From Candidatus Thalassarchaeaceae archaeon (GTDB lineage Archaea; Thermoplasmatota; Poseidoniia; Poseidoniales; Thalassarchaeaceae): a DNA stretch of 64,000 nucleotides. The stretch covers positions 24,068 to 88,067 of the forward strand of contig JAJPRE010000004.1 in assembly GCA_023700245.1 (NCBI GenBank), given 5' to 3'. A program made the position numbers and the translations under genes. The notes under the pieces are model-generated. The model was not told the origin of the DNA. It saw only the letters and a program-made list of their open reading frames with translations, and did not search any database. Below are positions 1 to 8,297 of this stretch, piece by piece (the stretch's first letter is position 1; every line of letters starts with the position of its first letter).

Positions 1-840
1 CCCTTTTTTTATTGATCCTCGATGAAGTATTACATCCAATGTTTTCCCCAAACCTCTTTCTTCTTTCATTTCAAGAACGGTCCCTTCTCCTGAACCTTCA
101 ATATCTGATAGTTTTTCAATCAAATATCTTTCTGCAAGGCCTATTACTACGGCCAATAGGTCCTGTATCCCTTCTCCTTCTCTGGCTGATATTGGGACAA
201 CTGCAACATCTTTAGTAAAATCTTTAACTTTATCATATCTTTCTATGTTAAATCCATGTTCTGCAAATTGGCCTACTAATTTCCAATATTTCTGTTCAAA
301 TAAGTCAAATGCATCTTTAGACTGCTTACGAAGTGAATGCGCCATAGACCTTTCTTTTTGACAATTCCAACCATGAACTCTGTCTACCTTATTTGCAGCG
401 ATGACAAATGGCGTTTTAGATTCTTTAAGAATACGCATGGATTCAATTGTTTGTGGTTTACAACCTTCATTTATATCTACTATCAAAATCGCAATATCTG
501 CCAAGGAACCTCCTCTTGAACGCAATGCAGAGAATGATTGGTGGCCCGGCGTATCTATGAATAATAGTCCAGGAGAATCAAATATTTTTCCTCCAAGAAG
601 TTCAGCACATAATTCGTTTAGAATTTTCGCAGGAACTTCTGTTGCTCCGATGTGTTGAGTAATGCCACCCGCTTCTCTATCCATTACTGATGATCGAGAC
701 TCTAAGCCTAGAGATCTTACATGATCCAGAAGGGATGTCTTACCATGATCTACATGGCCCAATATGGCAATAATTGGCTGTCTAGTTTTATCCAATCCAC
801 CATCTCCATAGTTCCATCTCTTTAACTGTATCTTACTCAT
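1..840 (-). CDS. infB: Translation initiation factor aIF5B/IF-2, N-terminal part (runs off the left edge; not in the ORF track)
   Basis: Manual translation from ATG at 840: [36 protein letters not shown]...[12 protein letters not shown]...FIDTPGH...ANKVD, the G1/G2/G3/G4 motifs of IF2. The start overlaps the ndk stop. Confidence 0.97.
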   Translation of the reverse strand, partial: MSKIQLKRWNYGDGGLDKTRQPIIAILGHVDHGKTSLLDHVRSLGLESRSSVMDREAGGITQHIGATEVPAKILNELCAELLGGKIFDSPGLLFIDTPGHQSFSALRSRGGSLADIAILIVDINEGCKPQTIESMRILKESKTPFVIAANKVDRVHGWNCQKERSMAHSLRKQSKDAFDLFEQKYWKLVGQFAEHGFNIERYDKVKDFTKDVAVVPISAREGEGIQDLLAVVIGLAERYLIEKLSDIEGSGEGTVLEMKEERGLGKTLDVILHRGSIKKG

Positions 841-1288
841 ATATTTGTTCTTCAATATCTCTCTTCCAATCAGAAATACCGTCAGGAAACCATAAATTTA
901 ATTCATATTTTGCTGTATCTTCAGAATCTGATCCGTGTATTAAATTATGACCGATGTCCATAGCCAAATCTCCTCTTATTGTCCCCGGGAGCGCATCTCT
1001 ACCATTTGTAGGGCCAATTAAGTTTCTTGATACTTTAATTGCCTCAACTCCTCTCCATGCCATTGCAATAACTGGTCCAGAAGTAATAAATTTTATTAGA
1101 CCAGGATAAAATGGTCTTTCCTTATGTACTGCATAATGAGCTTCTGCTACTTCATTTGAAGGTATTACTTGATGTAAACCAACTAAACGCAATCCCTTAT
1201 TTTCAAATCGGGCTAATATTTCACCAACTAATCCTCTCTGAACACCATCTGGTTTAATCATTATATAGGTAGTCTGCATATCTCCCAT
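833..1288 (-). CDS. ndk: Nucleoside diphosphate kinase
   Basis: [24 protein letters not shown] and NLIHGSDS (phospho-His) motifs. Confidence 0.98.
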   Translation of the reverse strand: MGDMQTTYIMIKPDGVQRGLVGEILARFENKGLRLVGLHQVIPSNEVAEAHYAVHKERPFYPGLIKFITSGPVIAMAWRGVEAIKVSRNLIGPTNGRDALPGTIRGDLAMDIGHNLIHGSDSEDTAKYELNLWFPDGISDWKRDIEEQIYE

Positions 1289-1368
1289 ATTCTGCCCGAC
1301 TAACCTCCCCTATTTCAACGCAAAGCCCAACTTGGTACATCTTACACTCAAAGAGCCGAATTATTGAT

Positions 1369-1854
1369 TTGCTATCAGCACTTCGAATGTATATGCGTGT
1401 ACTACATATATTACTCATTTCTATGATAATGACTACTTCAGGTTGCTTATCTAGTGTAGAAGATACAATTAATCCTGAACAGGAATTATTTGACGATACA
1501 GTTTTTATTGATGAAGATGAACATATTAAGTTGACTTGGACTATTGACAGTGTTAGAGTTATTCGAATAAATCTTGAACTCTTAGATGGCCCTAATATTG
1601 ATCTTTATACTATGACTGAACTTAATTATGCGGATTATAAAGAATGTAATGCATTCAATTATATTGTTAAACTAAGTGATCCTAATACTTCTAATGTAGA
1701 TATTGAAGTTACTGTGGACGAAGGTACCTATGTTACGGTATTGGATAATACTGATTGCGGAGAAGCACAACCTCCAGACCAGTCAGGTGGTAACCCATTA
1801 TTAAGCGACGATAATGATCGGGCCAGAGTGGAATACAAACTTACTGCTCAGTAA
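1369..1854 (+). CDS. Hypothetical acidic lipoprotein (beta-sandwich-like); true start may be the internal Met
   Basis: Hydrophobic signal followed by TTSGC (lipobox-like). Mature part is acidic and beta-rich. Confidence 0.7.
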   Translation: MLSALRMYMRVLHILLISMIMTTSGCLSSVEDTINPEQELFDDTVFIDEDEHIKLTWTIDSVRVIRINLELLDGPNIDLYTMTELNYADYKECNAFNYIVKLSDPNTSNVDIEVTVDEGTYVTVLDNTDCGEAQPPDQSGGNPLLSDDNDRARVEYKLTAQ

Positions 1855-1895
1855 AATGAAAATATATTATGCTCAGTAAAATGAAAATATATTAT
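1845..1895. repeat. Perfect 25-bp tandem duplication spanning the stop codon of the lipoprotein gene
   Basis: TGCTCAGTAAAATGAAAATATATTA at 1845-1869 and again at 1870-1894. Confidence 0.95.
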
Positions 1896-1931
1896 TAATG
1901 GAAAAATAATTACTTAAAATTTAAGGTTAAG

Positions 1932-2123
1932 TTATTTAATTCCACCTTTCACATAGCGCTGTGTCCATTTTAGTCTTCGTGGATTACGACGTAACTTTAA
2001 CGCATTTTTTCGAGCTTTACTATCTTTGAACCACATTACTGAACCATCTTTTTTAACAAACATCATGCCTGTCCCAGGTTCAATTTCTTCATGTGAGAAA
2101 CTACAAATTCTTCTTTCTGGCAT
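1932..2123 (-). CDS. rpl24e: 50S ribosomal protein L24e
   Basis: CSFSHEEIEPGTGMMFVKKDG and NPRRLKWT motifs; sits in the L7Ae-S28e-L24e cluster. Confidence 0.97.
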   Translation of the reverse strand: MPERRICSFSHEEIEPGTGMMFVKKDGSVMWFKDSKARKNALKLRRNPRRLKWTQRYVKGGIK

Positions 2124-2132
2124 TTTAATAAC

Positions 2133-2351
2133 CTACCTAGTTCCTAATCTACGGGCTTCTCGTCCAGTATCTCTTAACATTAGGATATCTCCTACTCGAA
2201 TTGGTCCAACAACATTACGTGCAATTATTCTCCCAATATCTCTTGGATTATTTGAGTCATTAACTCTAACCTTGACTTGAGTAGCTTCTCCAGTCATCCC
2301 GGTTCTACCAACAATTTCAACAACTTCTGCTGGCCACGCTTCTTTTGCCAT
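2133..2351 (-). CDS. rps28e: 30S ribosomal protein S28e
   Basis: [23 protein letters not shown] and [23 protein letters not shown]. Confidence 0.97.
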   Translation of the reverse strand: MAKEAWPAEVVEIVGRTGMTGEATQVKVRVNDSNNPRDIGRIIARNVVGPIRVGDILMLRDTGREARRLGTR

Positions 2352-2374
2352 ATCATCATCTCCCGAGGTTATTC

Positions 2375-2755
2375 TTACTGTGACAAGGTCTCAAAGTGAC
2401 CTTTAATTTCATTAAATCTGTCTTGAGCATCTTTTTCCATGCTAATTACAGCTACTGCTGCAGTTTTGGTTCCATTACTCATTCCTGCTGCTTCAGCAAG
2501 GAATGTTTGATCGGCCACATATATGAATGGAATATCTTTTTCTTTACAAATCATTGGAATATGGGCTAATAATTCTCCTGGACTTACATTTTCCGCCATT
2601 ACTATCATTAGTGCAGTACCTCTCTCTGCAGCTTTGGTAACTTCATTTGCACCCTTCTTCAGTCTTCCACGTTCATTCTTCCCAACGGCCTTCACCATTT
2701 CATAGACTTGCTCTTGTACGTCTTGCGGGGTTTCAAAAGATATATGTACACTCAT
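2375..2755 (-). CDS. rpl7ae: 50S ribosomal protein L7Ae (K-turn binding)
   Basis: [15 protein letters not shown]...[24 protein letters not shown]. Confidence 0.97.
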   Translation of the reverse strand: MSVHISFETPQDVQEQVYEMVKAVGKNERGRLKKGANEVTKAAERGTALMIVMAENVSPGELLAHIPMICKEKDIPFIYVADQTFLAEAAGMSNGTKTAAVAVISMEKDAQDRFNEIKGHFETLSQ

Positions 2756-2774
2756 TAGATAATCTCCTCATGTA
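2747..2774 (-). promoter_or_regulatory. Kink-turn overlapping the SD sequence and start codon of rpl7ae (probable autoregulatory element)
   Basis: Minus strand reads UACAU-GA-GGA-GAUUA-UCU-AAU-GA-GUGUA: tandem G.A/A.G pairs, a 3-nt bulge and a 5-bp NC stem. GAGGAG and the AUG (2755-2753) lie inside it. Confidence 0.65.
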
Positions 2775-2798
2775 GGTAAGTCGGCGCACGACTTGGCT

Positions 2799-2806
2799 GA
2801 TATAAA
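2799..2806 (-). promoter_or_regulatory. TATA box for rpl7ae-rps28e-rpl24e
   Basis: TTTATATC on the minus strand about 25-30 nt upstream of the K-turn-containing leader. Confidence 0.55.
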
Positions 2807-2817
2807 CGCAACGCATT

Positions 2818-2826
2818 AAAAAAAAA
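2818..2826 (-). terminator. Archaeal poly-U terminator after prs
   Basis: T9 on the minus strand, 13 nt downstream of the prs stop. Confidence 0.55.
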
Positions 2827-2838
2827 TCCAGATCTAAG

Positions 2839-3795
2839 TTATATTAATTTTTTAATGCCCCTAGACAATGCATTAGCAGATTCTACAACTGCCCTAGGAT
2901 TTGATAAAGAGTCGGTACTGTAAACGCCGTCTACATGATTAGCCATTTTTGTAATTGCACCACCAGTAAAAAGACCATGCGTACATGCTGCATGAACTTC
3001 TAATGCACCCTGTCTTCTTAGCGCATCGCTAGCTCTACAGATTGTTCCACCAGTACTAATCATATCGTCAACTATGGCTACAATTTTTCCTGAAACATCT
3101 AAATCTTTAGGTGTATGTTCTATAGTGTGAGCATCAATTCTAGTTTTTTCCAAATAAGAAAACTCACAACCTATTATTCTAGCGACTTCTGAGGCTCTCT
3201 TTATTGCACCTTTATCTGGGCTTAGGATAAAATCTGGCACCACATCTCTGCTTAGTTTATCAGCAATTTCTGGCATAGAACTAACAAATTCTATTGGAAA
3301 ATTCAATTTTTCAAGTACAGATTGCTCGTGCAGGTCTAATATCACCATTCCATCACAATAATTAGTCAATAACTTACCTATGACTTCTGCTGATATTACT
3401 TCTCCTTTTGAAAATCTTTTATCCTGCCTAGAATATCCATAGTATGGAATTGCTAGAATTATTCCAGGCCCAACATCCTCTAGATTTTGCGGTTCTTCAC
3501 CTTTTAAATTTACTAAATCTCCCTTTCTAACATCTTTAATTGAATTTAATAATAAAATAGTTTTTAATATCTCGGAGTCAGGAAATGTGTTGGAAACTAA
3601 TATGACTTTTTCAGATCTTACGGATTCTATTGCATCATTTGGCAATCTGACATAACCTTCTCCATCAGGAAATCTCCTATCTTCCATTATTACATGTTCC
3701 ATGTTCATTATGTCAGCCAATGAACTCGCAATTTTTTGACCATTAGCACCGCTAACTATTGGCATATTGTTCTGGTCGAACAGTTCACCCTTCAT
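2839..3795 (-). CDS. prs: Ribose-phosphate pyrophosphokinase
   Basis: RRFPDGEGYVR, IPYYGYSRQDKRF, SPDKGA and IVDDMISTGGT motifs. Confidence 0.96.
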   Translation of the reverse strand: MKGELFDQNNMPIVSGANGQKIASSLADIMNMEHVIMEDRRFPDGEGYVRLPNDAIESVRSEKVILVSNTFPDSEILKTILLLNSIKDVRKGDLVNLKGEEPQNLEDVGPGIILAIPYYGYSRQDKRFSKGEVISAEVIGKLLTNYCDGMVILDLHEQSVLEKLNFPIEFVSSMPEIADKLSRDVVPDFILSPDKGAIKRASEVARIIGCEFSYLEKTRIDAHTIEHTPKDLDVSGKIVAIVDDMISTGGTICRASDALRRQGALEVHAACTHGLFTGGAITKMANHVDGVYSTDSLSNPRAVVESANALSRGIKKLI

Positions 3796-3823
3796 GACTA
3801 TGTCGATTAATATAAATTGTATT

Positions 3824-3901
3824 TGGTGGACATGACAAGATTTGAACTTGCGACCTCCCGGTTATCAGCCGGGTGCTCCAGCCAGACTAAGCTACACGTC
3901 C
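3824..3901 (-). tRNA. tRNA-Ile(GAT), intronless, CCA encoded
   Basis: Minus strand GGACGTG...CCCGG-CT-GAT-AA-CCGGG...GTTCAAATC...CATGTCC-A-CCA; acceptor, anticodon and T arms all pair. Confidence 0.97.
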
Positions 3902-3951
3902 TTGTGTGACCTCGCGAGTTATACTTTGTTTTTGAACACTACTCACAAAAC

Positions 3952-4545
3952 TTAGTCTTTATCAAAAACTACATCTTCGCTGTTCAATTTTATATAACTG
4001 GGCAATGTACTCAATCTTTTAGCAGAACATTTCAGTATTATTTCATCCAATCTAGCAGTTGTTCTTGATAACTGCCCAACTGGCACGATTATCGTTTCAG
4101 GTAGTGAATATTTAGTTTTCATCATAAAATGAGGTTTTACTATTAATCCCTTGTAAGTTCTTTTTATCTTTACTAATCCTATTACATTGCCTATGTCAGA
4201 TCCATCATTATCTAATACTGCACGGTCTTTTAGTTCATCCGGGGCGAATAATTTTTCATTAATTCTAACTGTATTTCTCCATCTTCTTTGTAATTCTCTC
4301 ATAGATTTTGATAATTTTACGGCTCCATCTGATCGAATGCTATGTACTAATTCCTTTGACAAGGGGGCATATTCAGCCGGTTTTCGCATATATTCATTTG
4401 CTACATTATCTACAACTTGGAGTCTCATGGATTTAACATAATCATCACTTGGATGAAACCTTTCTCCTGTTATAATGCCCACTAATTTATCTCCAACATA
4501 TACTTCTCTTTGTAGCAACTCTTGTATTCTAAATTCATCATTCAT
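3952..4545 (-). CDS. Tandem PRC-barrel-like protein (start likely Met at 4545, not 4650)
   Basis: Two segments with the PRC pattern: IQELLQREVYVGDKLVGIITG and PDELKDRAVLDNDGSDIGNV...IIVPVGQL...DEIILK. Confidence 0.7.
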   Translation of the reverse strand: MNDEFRIQELLQREVYVGDKLVGIITGERFHPSDDYVKSMRLQVVDNVANEYMRKPAEYAPLSKELVHSIRSDGAVKLSKSMRELQRRWRNTVRINEKLFAPDELKDRAVLDNDGSDIGNVIGLVKIKRTYKGLIVKPHFMMKTKYSLPETIIVPVGQLSRTTARLDEIILKCSAKRLSTLPSYIKLNSEDVVFDKD

Positions 4546-4641
4546 TGTATTTCCTCTGAAAGGTGTTTCTGCACTCCCGCCGTCTTCCTCAAGTAAGCCA
4601 AGGTAAGAAAGGCACTTATATATATTCCATAAACTAGAATA

Positions 4642-4759
4642 ATTTTTCAATTAGAATTTTTATAATAAAAGTAATTTTTCAATTGAAAAATCAAACTGAC
4701 TTTAATTATTTGGTTGATTATCAGAATTTAATTTTTAAAATATTTTTCAATTAAAAAAT
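4642..4759. promoter_or_regulatory. Three copies of an 18-bp palindromic motif in a divergent promoter
   Basis: ATTTTTCAATTGAAAAAT is a perfect palindrome at 4674-4691. ATTTTTCAATTAAAAAAT is at 4742-4759, and a degenerate ATTTTTCAATTAGAATTT at 4642-4659. Confidence 0.55.
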
Positions 4760-4793
4760 CATTAATTACGGAAAAAGAGATTTTCTTCAGAAA

Positions 4794-6347
4794 ATGTTGA
4801 TGAACGGTAACACTCTCGGACGATTGATGAACTCTGTCCTTAACCAATTAGATGTAGTCCGTAGTAAATCTGGAAATGCCAATACAACTGGTCTAAATGA
4901 TAATTTTATTACAAAATTTAGCAAATTGGATCCTTTACTGTCCCAAGCAGTCGATGAAGCAGTAATCAATCAAAATAATTTAATTAACGACTTTGGTTCA
5001 GAGGTTCTTAAAATGGATGAACAAGATCTTATTTCTAAATTACAAAGTGATTATGTTAACTTTTATTCTAAGTATACCATTAACCCATACGTTGCAATTG
5101 CTGCAAGAGGTCCCTGGATAATTACTTCGCATGGAGCTGTTTTGCATGATAACGGAGGATATGGGATGCTCGGAATGGGCCATGGGCCAATTGATATATT
5201 ATCGGCAATGAAAGAAAACTGGGTTATGGCGAACGTTATGACACCGTCTTTCAGCCACAAAAGACTTGCTGATAGGCTAAGGAAAGAAGTCGGCCACAAG
5301 AGAGACTTTTGCCCATTTAGTAGATTTGTATGCTTAAATAGTGGCTCTGAATCAGTTACCATATCTCTTAGGATATCTGATGTAAATTCATTCAACATGA
5401 CTTCAAAAGGTGGAAGGCACGAGGGCAAAACTCCAAAATTACTTGCATTGACTCAAGGATTTCATGGTAGAACCGATAGACCCGCTCAACTATCAGATTC
5501 ATGTAAAGAAAAGTATGATTCCAATCTAGCCACATTCCGGGATCGTCAAAATTTAATTCTTGTTTCGCCGAATAATATAGTCGAACTCAGGGAAGCCTTC
5601 TCAAGCGCAGAATCGAATGGAGATTTCATAGAATTAATGGCAATTGAGCCAGTTATGGGAGAAGGAAATCCCGGATTATGCATAACCAGGGAATTCTATG
5701 ATGAAGCAAGAAAATTATGTACAAATAATGGTACTATGCTTTTGGTAGATTCTATTCAGGCCGGATTAAGGGGCCAGGGATGCCTTAGTATTGTTGATTA
5801 TGCTGGTTTCGAAACCTGCAAAGTTCCAGATATGGAGACATGGTCCAAAGCCCTTAATGCAGGACAATACCCTCTCTCGATTGTCGGACTAAGTGAAAAT
5901 GCAGCTAATTTGTATGAGGTTGGAATATATGGGAATACTATGACTACAAATCCTAGAGCTTTGGAGACTGCCGTGGCTGTTTTGGATAAAATAACTCCAA
6001 AACTAAGGAATAATATTGTTAATAGGGGTGCTGAATTCCTAGAAAAATTGAATTTACTTTCGGACGAGTTACCTGGATGCATAACTAAAATCCAAGGTAC
6101 TGGATTATTACTGAGTGCTGAATTAGATCCAACTAAATTGACTGTCATTGGTCCTGGAATGGTAGAGGAATGGTGTAGGTGCAATGGTTTAGGAATAATT
6201 CATGGAGGTACAAACGCTCTAAGATTTACTCCACATTTTGAACTAACCTCTTCTGAAATAGATCTTATAATATCTGTGTTGAGGGACGCTTTAATTCATT
6301 TTACAAAACCTAAAGGTGCTGAAAATTTATTGGCCCAAGTGGTATGA
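4794..6347 (+). CDS. Class III PLP-dependent aminotransferase
   Basis: NSGSESV, FHGRT, IEPVMGEG, DSIQAG and WSKALNAG (PLP lysine); substrate not assignable. Confidence 0.88.
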   Translation: MLMNGNTLGRLMNSVLNQLDVVRSKSGNANTTGLNDNFITKFSKLDPLLSQAVDEAVINQNNLINDFGSEVLKMDEQDLISKLQSDYVNFYSKYTINPYVAIAARGPWIITSHGAVLHDNGGYGMLGMGHGPIDILSAMKENWVMANVMTPSFSHKRLADRLRKEVGHKRDFCPFSRFVCLNSGSESVTISLRISDVNSFNMTSKGGRHEGKTPKLLALTQGFHGRTDRPAQLSDSCKEKYDSNLATFRDRQNLILVSPNNIVELREAFSSAESNGDFIELMAIEPVMGEGNPGLCITREFYDEARKLCTNNGTMLLVDSIQAGLRGQGCLSIVDYAGFETCKVPDMETWSKALNAGQYPLSIVGLSENAANLYEVGIYGNTMTTNPRALETAVAVLDKITPKLRNNIVNRGAEFLEKLNLLSDELPGCITKIQGTGLLLSAELDPTKLTVIGPGMVEEWCRCNGLGIIHGGTNALRFTPHFELTSSEIDLIISVLRDALIHFTKPKGAENLLAQVV

Positions 6348-7021
6348 TGGGCAAAGATATTTGTATCCAAGGAACTAAAGATTTCTTTTATTTAGCACTC
6401 GAAGATAGGTTAAAACGTTCCGGAATAAATATTACTTCAGATGCAAATAACGCTAGTACTACAATTGGAATCGATACTAATGATGAAGTTGACTTATTGA
6501 TTATCCCTAAAGGTAGTAAAAATAATAATGGCAGACTAGTAATTACTATTCATGATCTCATAATACCCACAGGTTATTCCAAATGGAGCCCAAAAGATAT
6601 TTATTTATTTGTGGAGCAAATTAAAAACAATGAAATTAATATCGTTGACAAATCAAAAATACATTACTTAGTTCATATCAGGGATGCCATTGAAGCGATA
6701 TCTATGATATTATTATCTAATAATTTTCAAGATTCTAGAGGTACTATGAATATCTGCGGAAGAAGGGCATGGTCAAATGAGTCTATTTTCAATGAAATAA
6801 AGATGTTATGGACAAGATTTCATAACTCAATAAATTATACTCATACCACTGAATCTTTATCAAAAATACCAAGTATTATTAAAGAAAATAATAGGAAAAA
6901 TAGAGAAAGGCCGAGCCTTGATTCACTAAATAAAGAATTAATAAGAGCGGGAGGAGATGGCTGGCATCCCCTCACGCCTTTGCGTACAGGACTAATGGAA
7001 TTGCTTGCACAAAACCTTTGA
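6344..7021 (-). CDS. Hypothetical protein, degenerate NAD-dependent epimerase-like
   Basis: VHIRDAIEAI, NICG and W.PLTPLRTGL resemble the C-terminus of extended SDRs; no GxxGxxG motif. Confidence 0.55.
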
Positions 7022-7061
7022 GTCCACTCTGAACTATATTTTTTATTAGTTTAAGAAATAA

Positions 7062-7244
7062 TTAACGAGTGTTCTTATCGTTTTGAACAGCTAGACGAAC
7101 TGCTTGAGCATGAGCCTTCATCTCTTGCATAGCTTTTCTTACACGTGTTCCAGCAGCAGAGTTGCCACCGTCGTGTTTACCAGCATCTGTGAGTGCTGCA
7201 GTCAATTCATCAATCATTCCTTGTACCATATCGCTAACGGACAT
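7062..7244 (-). CDS. Small histone H1-like (Hc1-family-like) protein
   Basis: 60 aa two-helix protein with GNSAAGTRVRKAMQEMK, matching the GNxxAGTRxRK signature. Confidence 0.75.
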   Translation of the reverse strand: MSVSDMVQGMIDELTAALTDAGKHDGGNSAAGTRVRKAMQEMKAHAQAVRLAVQNDKNTR

Positions 7245-7299
7245 ATCTCATCGCACCATAGTGCCATTATTAGCCATTACTGTTACTTAAAATCTAAAT

Positions 7300-8286
7300 T
7301 CATTGTTTATTGAACAAATCTGCACCTAATATTGGAAGTATAATACTTGCATCTCCTTCAACTACTACTTGTGGGGCAGTAGGTCGTATTTTACCCCAAG
7401 AAATGGCTTCTTTCAACCTTGCACCTGATAAAGACCCATCATATTCTGGAGCAGTTGTTATTCCAACAGCTGAATCCAAACCCCCTCTATATTGATTCCA
7501 CCAAATAACATGGTGCTTTGAAATTCCACCACCTATCATTAATGCATGACTTTCTTTCGATGTCCACGTTAAATCAGATAGTATTTGTTCATCTGCAAGA
7601 AAATCAATCATAAAATTTGGACTCTTTTGTCTGTGCATAAATAGTTGAGCACCAATCGCCCCATCCGATAATCCCGGAATAACAATGGGAATTCTATTTT
7701 TTGCAGCCCAATATAAAATTGAAGTTTCATCATCTATTCTGTCTCCAAGCTCCCAACAGAGCTCTACAGAGCCGAAGCCAAGCCAGGGATTTTCAGGATG
7801 CTCAATTTTACGCTTGTCTTCAATTTCCTTTAGCCATGGTAAAACTGTTTTTTCTAATATTTCTCCATAACATTCATTCGGTATCACCACATTCCCTAGT
7901 CTATTCAAACCTTCATCGCCTAATGCAATATCATCTAGATCAAAATCTCCATGAAAATAATCTTCATATGTACGCGCAATATCGTGGTCTAAAGTTCCAC
8001 AAGTTGTAATTATAATATTAAATTTTTTATTTTTGATTGCTTCAAGAAAAAATCCTCTTGTACCTGTAGCGCATAAACATGCAGGGAAAGAAAGCCAATT
8101 TATTACCCCTTCTTGATCTGTTTTAGCAATAGAATCACGCAATATATCTCTGGCCTTTGCTAACTTGCTAGCAGTAAATCCTCCTGCTTGTCCCATTTGA
8201 TCGATTAATGAACTAACATTATTAACAACGGAAAAATCATAGTCCTTTACTGGAGTATTAAAATCACCTTTAGAATATTTCGGCAT
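7300..8286 (-). CDS. dys: Deoxyhypusine synthase
   Basis: GGGISKHH and DGSLSGARLKEAISWGK (active-site Lys). Confidence 0.96.
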   Translation of the reverse strand: MPKYSKGDFNTPVKDYDFSVVNNVSSLIDQMGQAGGFTASKLAKARDILRDSIAKTDQEGVINWLSFPACLCATGTRGFFLEAIKNKKFNIIITTCGTLDHDIARTYEDYFHGDFDLDDIALGDEGLNRLGNVVIPNECYGEILEKTVLPWLKEIEDKRKIEHPENPWLGFGSVELCWELGDRIDDETSILYWAAKNRIPIVIPGLSDGAIGAQLFMHRQKSPNFMIDFLADEQILSDLTWTSKESHALMIGGGISKHHVIWWNQYRGGLDSAVGITTAPEYDGSLSGARLKEAISWGKIRPTAPQVVVEGDASIILPILGADLFNKQ

Positions 8287-8297
8287 AATGAATCCGA

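Noticed and set aside
12-658. Plus-strand ORFs 12-215, 337-519 and 401-658
   Set aside because: These are antisense shadows of infB, which the track missed because it runs off the edge.
2778-2794. AAGTCG-N5-CGACTT inverted repeat upstream of rpl7ae
   Set aside because: It lies between the TATA box and the probable TSS, so it is likely not in the RNA. As a single 6-bp-arm site it is insufficient to call an operator.
3796-3951. tRNA-Ile as an integration site
   Set aside because: I found no duplicate of its 3' end elsewhere in the window and no integrase.
3952-4650. Track start at 4650 for the PRC-barrel protein
   Set aside because: The 35-aa extension runs into the AT-rich palindrome region; Met at 4545 begins the domain.
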